Virus record (IMG/VR): IMGVR_UViG_3300044971_004534
Direction: 5' to 3' (one strand)
DNA from: a virus
DNA: 64,000 bases
The translations under genes and the position numbers were made by a program. Positions 1 to 12,000 of the stretch are shown piece by piece. Below the pieces are notes generated by a model. The model ran no database searches, was not told the DNA's origin, and saw nothing but the letters and a program-made list of their open reading frames with translations. The first letter of the stretch is position 1. Each line of letters opens with the position of its first letter.

Positions 1-2
1 TA

Positions 3-3000
3 GTTTCTTGTAATAAATATGCATTTTATAAGAATGATACCAGTGATTACAATATTGATGGCGGAATTAACTATATTAATGACGTTGTTCTTGGCGCTTC
101 AGCTGAAAATGCATTTAATTATACTGGCAATATAGGTTTTGAATTTAGTAAAATAAAACAATTGTTTATTGACTACCTGTCTGTTCCTTCAGGCCTTGCC
201 GTTATGGGATCAGAATTAAACAAGGCCATCAGGCAGATGTTTGAGACTGTTGTTGTTTCTAAAAACTTTGCGCCAAAAGCAAAGATTGGTATAGTCAATT
301 CTCCTGTAGTTCCTTTTAGTATGCCAAATTTTGATTGGAGCACAGCAAGTGAGTCTGAAAGATATAACATTATTGACAAGTGTGCTTCTTTAATCGAGGA
401 TACTATATCAGAAGTAGATTTTATTGCCCTTGACATGAGGCAGCAATTTGAAATTCAAAATAATGTTCAATATGCTTCTTTCTTGTCTTATGCAATATCT
501 GTAGTTAAGCACTTTAAGCAGTGGCTTTCCAGTAAGGGATTAACTAAAAAGATATTCGCAGTTGTATCTAAAGAAAGCTATCAAGATTTTACAGAAGTCC
601 CAAACGACAAGTATACTACATTAATAGCTTCAGTATCAGAATATGTTGATGGATTTGTGTATAAGAGTTTAACTGCTGAAAAATGGATTCAACTATTTGA
701 TGGTGACGCAAATAATGACCAGGCTGCTTTTGATTCACTTTCTTCTATATTAAACAGAAATGTTGGTTCGGCAGATACTGCTACTTACAATGCCATACAG
801 TCTTACAATCTTAGCAACTTGACGACATTAAAGTCTACTGTATCTTTCAATTGCAGATCTTACAATGTCTCAAACAGTAGTGGAGATGTAATATCATTTA
901 GAGCAACCAGAGGACCTAGTTACCCAGAGTGGATGAGTAGCGCAAGACTTATGATGAAATTTAGTCTTTCTGCAGAAAACATAAAGTCATGTGCAGCATT
1001 GGCTGTGCCTCATATGCCAGCTGCAAGTTCTCTATCTGATGAAGACACTATAGTTTGCGTATTTGTAAATACTCAATATGTGTCTAATAGTAGCCTGTTT
1101 ACAATAAGTGGTGCGTCTTGCAATGCAGTTAGAAAAATATCTACAGCAAGATCTGTTTTCTTAAATGCTCTTCAACTACAGCAGTTTGTTAACTATGCAG
1201 TCAGTTATGCGCCAGACGTTTTAGTATTTGATGCACATCAATTTGATGAACCCCTATGGTACAGTACTGCCACTCCAATTGGTACTTGGAATATATTAAC
1301 ATCGCATCCAGGATATGGTCTTGGTCCTGGTTTGGATATAATAGACACATATGTTGCTGCAGCCAGTACTGTTGGTTCCAAGTGTGTACTAGATATCAAT
1401 CCATGCTCTTTTGTTACTTTGCCTGCATCTCAATATCCTTATAGTCTAAATTGCTTTGGCGGAATCATTAAAGAAAATTTTGACAATGGCATTAACATAT
1501 CTATTAGAAGTTTCTTAAATCAAAACTTTGTTGATCTTACTTATCAGTATCATGATGAGCTATTTAGTAAGGGTGTTGATGGCGTTATGTGGAACAGAGA
1601 AGTTTTATCCGATTATGGAGACTTTTCCGCAAATGTTATTGAAAAATTTGCTCGGTATTTAGGATACGAATCTGCAAATGAGTTAGAATTTAAAGAAAGA
1701 TTCCCTTTCCCAGCAGTCTGCGGTTCATCACTTGGAAATTATCTATATAGTGCAGCAGGATTCACTGGGACTTGTGATAGTAGCGCTAATATCAGTGTTG
1801 AAGATTTGGTGTTTAAAATACCGAATTTTGGCACATTATATACACAGGAGATAAAAGACACTTTAATTGAATACTTTGCATTCTGTCATAATTTGGCAAA
1901 TGCAAACATACTGTATATACAAAACAAAATTGATTATTCTTATGGAACTTCAGGATTAAAAGTAATTATCCCCCATGTTGGATCGGATATAATTTATAAA
2001 TGGAAGTCATCTTTAAGTTCTGAAATATTAAACTCAGCCAGCGTCATCACTGTTAATTCTGGTATTGAAAAACAAGCTCGCTCTCGTAGAATAAAAAATG
2101 CCAATACTTCTAATAATACTCAAGAAATACAAAGACCTGGAGCTGCTACTGTAGAAAACTTTGGCTTAGACTTGCTGTCTTCTTCTGATGGTAAAAAGAT
2201 TATAATTAGAAAGTTGCCAAATATATTTAAATATGCAGATACCAGTGTGGCGTCTCAGTGGAATAATTTTGATAATGTTAATGCAACGAATATAGTTGAA
2301 GACGGAATTGTTAGAGAGGACGGGATCAAGGGGCATCTTGCTTCTTGTGTATTTGACTACATAAGAGCTGGTCATGCTGTAATGCTTGACATGCCTAATT
2401 GGTCTAATTATCAAGAAGACGGTGAAACTGTCAATTATTCATATGTGAATAATGACCCGCCCAGAAATGATATGCCATTTGTCTTAAATGTAGTAGATAT
2501 TAACTCTTTAATGTCTACTCTAATATCCACTAGTGCTCGTAATAATAAGCATGCATGGGTTGGAGTGCATTATCCAAACAGAGCCAGAAAGTATGTTCAC
2601 GTTTCTGATTCTGTGGCTTCTTTTGGACAGGAATTCTATAGTGATTCAAATCTTGAGCTAAGTCGCTATGGCTATTCTGGAAGCATGTCAATAGGTCAGT
2701 TTAACTGGCCTATTTTTGGCGTGTATGAATCTTGCATATATAGTGGAATATCTTGTGCTGTTATAAATGATACTAGTTTAGAGAATGGAGATTTTTCAGG
2801 TTTAAGCGTAATAGTTATACCTCACAAGAAATTGTTGAGTTCTATGCAAAAAGATAAGTTAGATCAGTTTAACGGATCAGTAATTTATCTGGAAGATTTG
2901 TATGGTCAAGGTTTGCAGAACTTATGGCATAGCTCTTTAAACACTATTTCAACCAACAATCCTGACTATGTCACACTTTATAACTTGTTGATAAACAAGA

Positions 3001-6000
3001 TAAATGCTGTTGCAGGAAATCCTCCGGTAAAGGTTTCTGTTAATATTGATAATTCTATCAACACTGATAGTGGTAATTATATTCTCAAGCCATTTAGCGT
3101 TTTTGAGGTAAGCGAGTCTCCTGAATCTACTAAGATTGTTGTATGCGTTGCTAATGACAGAAACTGGGCAGATGTTAGAAACAACATAGATGAAAATGGA
3201 ATATATGGACAGATAGAAAGAAATAATGATTTATTGAATATAAGTTCAGCTAATCCTGTCTTCAATACAATATACAGTGGGGATGATTTTTATGTCAATA
3301 ATTCATATCCAGTTTTAGGACAATTTAATTACTATGCTGGAGACCCACCAGCTGGATTTGGAAAAACATTCTCTGTCAGACTTAGCTTTAAAAATAACAT
3401 TTCTCTTTTGAGTGTTACTCAAATATCTTGTAACTACTCAGATAATAATGTTTCTGGAACCAGTCTTTCTTGGTCTAGCGGAGCAAGCGGTCAGTCTGTA
3501 ATTTCAAATCTTATTTCTGATTTTGCATGGTTTGAAATAGAATTTTCATACATTACTCCTAGTTCAAGTTCTTCATCTTCTAGCTCGTCTTCAAGTTCTT
3601 CTTCTATTGATGATGGATGTATTACATGGACAGGACCTGGATGTTTAGACCTAGATGGTGATGGTGTTATAAAAGGATCTGATTTGGCTGCACTGTTTGC
3701 AGCTTATTCAGTATATGATCCTAAAGCAGACTTTAATGGGGATGGTGTTGTAAATAGTTTAGATTTAGGAATTTTGCAAGTAAATTGGGGTAGATGTGTA
3801 ACGTGTCCTAATTGGAATCCAAGTTCTAGCAGTTCTAGTAGTTCCAGCAGTTCTAGTAGTTCCAGCAGTTCTAGTAGTTCCAGCAGTTCCAGTTCCAGCA
3901 GTTCCAGTTCCAGCAGTTCCAGTTCCAGCAGTTCCAGTTCCAGCAGTTCTGAATGCGTTACATGGAACGGACCTGGCTGTCCAGATATGAATGTAGACGG
4001 CAAAGTTGACGGAGTAGACTTGCAAATATGCTTATCCGCTCAGTCTGAATATAATCCCGTTGCAGACTTGGATGGTAATGGAATTGTAAATGGAAATGAT
4101 TTAGGAATATTGATGACCTATTGGGGACAATGTGTAATATGTCCTAATTGGCCTCCAAGTTCGTCTAGTTCTAGCTCCAGTGTATCCAGTTCTAGTTCTT
4201 CTAGTTCAAGCTCCAGTGCATCCAGTTCTAGTTCTTCAAGCTCAAGCTCCAGCTCATCTACAATAGAGTTGTTTAGTATTTTGCAAGCCAGACCTTCAGT
4301 TGGTCCTAAACAGCCATCCTGGTGGTCAACAGCAAGCGTGCATTTCCAATCTTTCAATCCATATGCAACTATTAAGCAAATTTATGAAGCAAATATGGAT
4401 GAATCTGCTCCGGCAATCACAGAGCCATCTTTACTTGAGGTTTACAATGAGCAGTCATCTGGATGTGGGGTGCGTCCATATTACGCAAATAGTCCAACTG
4501 GGTATCCTCCTGGCTATGAGTTTACGTATCGTTCAGATTATGCATGGATGCGCTCTAATGGTAATAGCTTCAAGGAAAGATTTGAAAATGCATTAAATGC
4601 TTGGTTTAACCCAGAACAAAGAGCATTAGTGGCTCATAGATATAGGCCAGATATAGTTATGATAGATTTGCATAATGGTGATGAGCCATTTATCTATAAT
4701 TCTGCAGTCCCAAATGCAAAAACGTCTTTAATGATTGATGATGTTAGTGGTCTTTCTGATTATGATATGGTAAGGCCATTCATAAGAAAATCACACGAAC
4801 TTGGCATGAAATGCACTGCTTATTTCAAGCCGCACTTTGCTTTCCTAAACGAGAGCGTATTCCCTGCTGCACTTACTGCAAACGGGCAAAAAATAAGGGC
4901 AGAAGTTAACTTAACTCAGTCTTGTACTATTCAGAGAAGCATATTCAATGAAAACTTTAAAAACTTCTTGAAAAATTGCATGATTGAAATAGTTACACCT
5001 GAATCCGGTGGTGGACTTGAATGTGATGGAATTTATTGGGATGCAAGTTTGCTAGAAGAGTTATTAGATTTCAGTTCAGACGCAATAGATGTATATGCAA
5101 AATATTTAGGTTATTCTGGATACGACGACCCAGAGTATGTTTTGTGGGCTCAAAGTAACTTCCCATTCCCAAAAACTTCAGGATGGATCGTATCACAAGA
5201 GGATGGCTATATTGGCGGAGGTTCAAGGCCTTCTTACAAGAATGTTTATCCAGATAGTAATTTTGAAGGTTTAGGATATTACAATTTAATTAACAACAAT
5301 GTTGATTTAAATGAAAATCATATTGAGAATTTAAAAACTTTCGTATCAGTAATAAAGAATAGATACTATGAAATTTTAGATGAAATTTCTCAGGCTGTTT
5401 CTGTAGCTAGCAATGGCAATGCAGTTTTCTTCCCGGCAGAATTACCGTCATGGCCGGATCAACCACATGCATCTGTTTCTTCTGAGGTGGCCAGGTACAC
5501 TCATGCAGTAAAAACTGAATTTGCAGTTGAACCAAGAGGCTACAGTGGATTAAGACGAAAGTCAGAGCTTACTCAAGCTGTGTTGTCAAATGAGATATTA
5601 TACTGTGACATACAAAGACCTTCAATGTCTTTGTCTATGACTTTAAATCAAAAATTAGACTTCTTCTCTGGCAATAAGACAGCGATACAGTGGAATCCAC
5701 AGCGAGTGTGGATATCTGATTTACCAATTGGTTCCTCTGGATCTGCAAACACTCTTACCACATTTAATAGTGACCAGTTCTATGTTTATCCAACTGGCTA
5801 TCCTCTTTTCTTTGAAAGAGGGCTTGGAAGAGAGGATAGTATACATGGTTACTTGCGAGCCGTATATCAGATAATGATTAAAAATGGAAACATATTTGAC
5901 TTTAACACCTGGTACGGCGCAGGATGGGTTGGAGATCAGGATCAGTTTATACAAGATGCGACTTTGATTAATAATGATGGGTACTTCAACAATCCAGACA

Positions 6001-9000
6001 TGGGTGTTTCTCCTGGAAATACTTATGCTTTCTGGCGTAAGGCAATATATCACGCTAGAAAGATGAAAGAAGAAATTATTAAAGAAGGTTTAATATTTAA
6101 TATTCGTGAGGCATATTCTTGGGCAGCCATTCATGTTCCAGTACGCGGTCGCATAGGTATAGATGCACCTGTTTCTTGGGGTCAAGATTATGTAATAGGA
6201 CAGAATAAAACTATCAACAGGACTGTTACTACTAATGAAAACAATCAAAATTGGGGTCAATTTTGGTGGCCAATTTTGGGGGCAATGCAGGCATTTGAAG
6301 ATAGATTTATTCCTTATAGTTTGTTGTTGGACGAGCAGCTCTATAATGGTGAGCTAAACGGAATTAGTGTTATAATTATACCTCATCGTGAATGGCTGAC
6401 TGTCACTGATCAAATAAGGTTGCTGCAATTTGAGACTGCTGGCGGCAAAGTCGTGTATATGGATAATGCGTTCTCCGATTCTGGTGGAGGATCTTCTGAT
6501 CCAAGAAGAAAAGGTCGTTGGTATTCTTATGAAGATCAAAATTCTGAGTCTATCAAATTTATAAACTATGTAAAATTAATTGCTGGAGAGCCAACATTCA
6601 GCGGATCTGTTACTAGTTATGAGTATGACGATGGCACTTATCGTCATAAGCAGGCGGGCTGGTTTAAATTATCTGAGCAAGACTCAGACGGCAAGCTGCT
6701 AGTTGGAGTTCATTTATTAAACGACATGTCTTGGATGGATATGCGCAAAAATGCTTCTATGCTAAGTGGTATCGATCCAAGATTCAATCAATTAGACCCA
6801 GTGACTGTTCCAGTTAAGGGATTAATGGATCAAGATTTATTTGGCTGGGGCGAAGATTGGAGAAATTGGTACAACGAAAACTTTGATCCTACTAATCCGC
6901 CACACGCCTCAATATTACCTTATCCTATTCCCAACCCTGATCCATCTGCAAATGTAAAGCAATATTTCTACGATCCACACGCTGAAAACATGTGGGGCAA
7001 GCCATTGATTGGATATGGACAATATTGGTCTGCAAATCTCCGTTTAAATTTGCCATCAGATTTTAGAATTAACAAAGTTTATAAATTCTATGTTGATCAA
7101 GAAAACGATCCAAACGATGCTGGTATTACAAAGAAGGCATTTAACTATAGAGCTGCTGCTGAGTCTACAGTCATGTCGTTAAGTAATATGCCATATCTGC
7201 CTAGACTAAATAGTATAAATACTTCTAATACGGCTAACGTTATAAATTATGGAGCTATAGGCGATGGTGTTTCTGATGATACTCAAGCATTTATCGATGC
7301 AATTGCATCTGGATTTAGCGCAATATATATACCTGCTGGTAAATATAGAATCACTTCTTCTTTAAATATTAGTGATTCAGTTAATATAATTGGAGATATC
7401 GGATCTAGTATATTAATGTCTGACATTCAAGGCGGAAATGCTTTGTTTAATATTGTCCCAGAAGGTTCCGCAGTAACCTATTCTTATGAAGGTCAAATAT
7501 TTAGTGGTCAAAAAGAATTCCAACTTTCTAGCACCATAGGCTTAAGCGTAGGTCAAAAATTAATTTTCAAAATTGGACATGAGTCTGCAAGTTCACTTTC
7601 GTTTGAATATGCCTACGATATAGAAATACAATCTATTAATGGAAATATTATTACATCTGCTAGCGGTGCTCCGTTTGCATCTGATAAATTGATTCATAAA
7701 ATCGACGTGTATGCTATGTCTCCTCATGATTTAGTCATAGAGGGAATAGATATTACTAGTTATGATGAAAATTCTTCTTATTATGCATTTAATTTACTTA
7801 ATTGCATTAATGTTAATTTAAGAAATATTAATATATTTAATTCTTCTTTCCATGGTATAAGGATTAATAAATCTTCAAAAATTAGTATTGAAAGATGTGT
7901 ATTTGACAATATTGGTGCTGGTAGTGGTGCAATGCCAAGTGCAACAGCTATAACAGTCACCTATGCTTATGATCTTAATCTTTACAGGAATTATGTTAAG
8001 AACAGTCTTAGTGGATTATTGAATCTATTTAAATCAAGAAAAATCAATGGATCATATCTGTGGGTAAACAATTGTCAGGATGCATGCTCTTTTGCTTACA
8101 TAAGAGATATATTAGAATTTGAAGTAACTAATGTTTATATAAACAATAAAGACTTAATATTTGTAACAGATTTAGGAGTATCAAGTCCATACAGTACAAG
8201 TAATGTATATCTGCTGCAAAAACCATTTGAATTTAATGTTTCTAATCATAGTGGAATTTTGCGCATAGAAAATAGGGTTTTCAATGGCGTTACGTCTGGA
8301 GTGATTACTATTCCAGTCAATCCTCCAATTGTCTCAAGTTCTTCTGGAAATGAATCTTTAGATGTAATTGCATGGGGTGCTGGTTCTGATCCTTCCAAAT
8401 ATCAAAGAGCAAATAGTTGGAATGATTTATATGTCACTGTTCCTAGAAGCTATGCGCACAAAGACCAGTCATATATACCGTATATTGATAATCCAGAAAA
8501 GGTAGAAATACAAGAGGGCAATACCTTTGTTCTTGATGCTAATGGGAAAATGTATTCTTCTGGAAGCACCAAATTTAACATGAGACCGCTTCCGGCTAGC
8601 ATAACTGATAATACAGTAATAGATTTTTCATCATCTTTATATCAGTTAGGTTTAATTATATCAGATAATGGGACGGGAGACTTGAGTGTTCTTGTACATG
8701 GTAGAAAACAGTATAACTTGTGCAGAACATTAAAGTTTAATAATAACAGCAATGAAATATTTTATGTTAATGCAAATGGAAAAATAGGTAGAGTCAACGT
8801 ATTTAGTCAGCAAGAAATTGATGGAATAGTTTATGGTCACAACGATGTATGGTCAGATGGAAATCCACTGTATCAAATTTCATGCAACAGTATACAATTT
8901 ACACAAAACGGAAAGCTTGGTATATTTGGAGCTTTGTGGAGTTGGGAATTTGGAGCATATAATATAGCTCAAGTTTATAATTTAGAAACAAAACAAAATG

Positions 9001-12000
9001 ATCATATTACTCCAAAATCAGTCCTGCTTTTAAGAAGAGATGATCCTCAAAATGCTTGGATACCAGAGTGGGCATGGTCTAGTCAAGATACAGTACAGGA
9101 CAGAATGCTGTGTCATTCATTGTCTGATAGTAATGATCATATATTCATATTTGGATTATGGTACATCTATAAAATAGATATAGTAACTAAAGAAATAATT
9201 AGTAAGAAAAAAATATGGGACATATTCACTCCAGGTATGTTCTCTGATGATCCATGCCCAATAGGGTATGCAAAATACTTACCACAATCTTCAAAATGGG
9301 TTATCATGCTTCTCGACACTTATAATTATCCAGTGTTGAATGGATATCTTGGAGTAGTTACTGATTCTGACTTTAATGTTTTACATTATATAGAAGATCC
9401 TTCAAATGATGGTCAAGGATCTTTGATGTATCCTAATGTTCATAAGCAAGTAGACATTAGTAGTGATGAAAAAAGATTAGTTATTTCTTCTTATTCTTAC
9501 AGCGGTGAAAAAACTTTTGTCAATTTAATTAATTTAGCTAGTGGGGGAAGTAGTCTGTGGACATTAGAATTAAATTCAGAAACAGAAGACGACTTTGTTG
9601 CAAGATTTGTAAAGTTTACTCAAGATAACAGCTATATTGTAGTTGGACTAGTAAGGAATATAAAAATATTAAACTTGGCAGGAGCTCCTATTGATATTAA
9701 TGATTCAGAAAATTCATATACAAGCTTTGCATCTACAATTGATGATGTTTCTACGGGTGTTTTGAATAACGATATTATAGTTTGCACTCGTTCTACTGGA
9801 GGTTGGTGTATATCTGGATGGGAGTCTGTCGCTGAATTTGCGCCAACTGAAAATCAAATACAAAAATTCACCTTTGACAATGGTGGCGTAAGAAAATTTG
9901 CTTTTTCTCCTGATGGTCTAAGGTGTAGTTATTGGGGATGGTCTAATTATTATAGGGTTTCAAATTCACCAAGACTTGAAGACTTTAGCTTTGTTGATAC
10001 TAATTTTACTATCAAAGATAGATCTAATTTGGCTATAGATATATTTGACTATATAGGCGATGCTGTTCCAGTGTCTATAGCAACCGGTGTAGAAAATGCT
10101 GCTGTTGTGCTTTCTAACGGTTCTTTGTTCTGCTGGGGAACTAATCGTCAAAACGAAACTGATTATCCAGATGTTTCAAATGCAAAAAGTGTTCATTATG
10201 TTTCTGAGCATTGGTCAAACACTCTTTTTGACAGTGAGGGGCGGCCTCTTAGAGGAAGAGGTTACATAGTATTACTTAAAGATGGAACAATAAAACTATG
10301 GGGTAGTTGGGTATTCTTGGAGGGATATGCAGACCTGTTGCAAATAAACGATGCTATAAAAATATCTTGCAGCTCTTGGTATGTCACTGTGTTGCATTCT
10401 AATGGCGTTGCATCTTTGCATGGCAGAACTGACGTTGTGCCTCCAACAGAGCCTTTCCCTGAAAATGAGAGCAATATTATAGACATTGCTTCTACTAGAT
10501 TGGGTGGAATGTTGCTTAAAGCAAGCGGAGACGTAATTACTTGGGGATATGAATCTGTAGATAGTAATCCAGCTTCATGGACATATGGATCTGGATTGAC
10601 TCACAGGCCGAGTGCAGCTATAGGTAAAGTTGCCAAGTTAGGCACCTCTTATTTTGGAGCATATCCTGTTATTAAGCAAGATGGAAGAATCGCATGTTGG
10701 GGCTGGGATAGCTTTAGATTATGCGCTGGAGGTGATGATGCTAATGGAGACGGAATTCCTGATTATGTTTGCAATGGTATAGTTAGAGAAGGTTACAATT
10801 ACAATAACACTCCTCCATTAAGAAGTAGTTTCATAGATATTTCTGCTGGAAGAATGCATACTTCTTTCGTATTAAATGACAAAACTGCTTATTTTACGGA
10901 TTGGTCTTCGGATAAAATTGATAATTATGTTGACTATGGACAATTTGGTCCATTACAGGACTGGTATCCTGCTGCTAATTCATTCGCACAGTCTGATATG
11001 CCATCTCCTTTGAATAAAAATATAAAGAGTGTTTCTAGTGGATTTGGTTACACATATTTTATAAGAGAAGACAATTCTATATTCTCTATTGGAGCAGATC
11101 CTGGCATGGGATTGGTAAATGTTTTATGGGCCTGGCTATTTGAGTGGGATGTTGATTTTGAAATGCCACTTTTTGCTCCCATAACGTTCCAGGCAATAAC
11201 TCCTAGTGATCTCACCCATGCTAAGAAAATAGCTGCCGGAGATTTCCATACAGCAGCAATTACTATGGAAAATACGGTTAGGTGCTGGGGTTATAATAAA
11301 TTTGGTCAATGTGATGTGCCTGCAGAAGCTGTAGACATAGTGGATATTGCAGTTGGAAGGTATCATACCGTTGCTGTTAAGGCAGATGGTTCAGTGATTT
11401 GCTGGGGAAGAGACAATAAGGGGCAATGTGCTGTTCCCTCAAGCATTCCACCAATTAAAAAGGTTGCGGCATGCATGAGTCACAATGTGGCGTTGACAAC
11501 TAGTGGCAACTTGGTTTATTGGGGCAGTGGTGATCATTATGATGCATTAAGTTTATTTAATGGCAATCCGTTCCCCTCTGAGTCTCCTAATCAGCGTGGA
11601 GATTATGCATCCAGTGGAAATTACACTGATGTATCTACAGGAGTTTTCCATACGATAGCTCTTAAGAACGATGGAACAGTTGCAGTGTGGGGTAAGGCAA
11701 ATTATAATACCGGTATTCCAGGTTTTGACAATAATTTTGGTCAATTTGATTATCCAGAGCTTAATGGTAAAAAGGTAGTAAAAATTTCTGCTGGACATTA
11801 CCATAATGTAATATTGGTGAAAAATCAAAATATTGTTACTGAACAAAGAAGTGCTAATTTAGCTGACGGCATATTAAAGAAAGTAGAATTTAATTTAACC
11901 AACTCAAGTGGCATTAGTGAATTGTACTTAAATAACTCTTCTGGTCAATCTGTAATCGTTGTTCCAGAAAGTCTTGGGCCAACGGTAAATAAGCCAATAT

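Noticed and set aside
3704-4357. Minus-strand ORFs (3704-4003, 3765-4025, 4118-4357) translating to LELLELLE or GTAGTG-type repeats. The same pattern occurs at 12188-12658 and 24328-24585.
   Set aside because: They are mirror images of the in-frame poly-Ser codon repeats on the + strand, and they lie wholly inside the giant ORFs.
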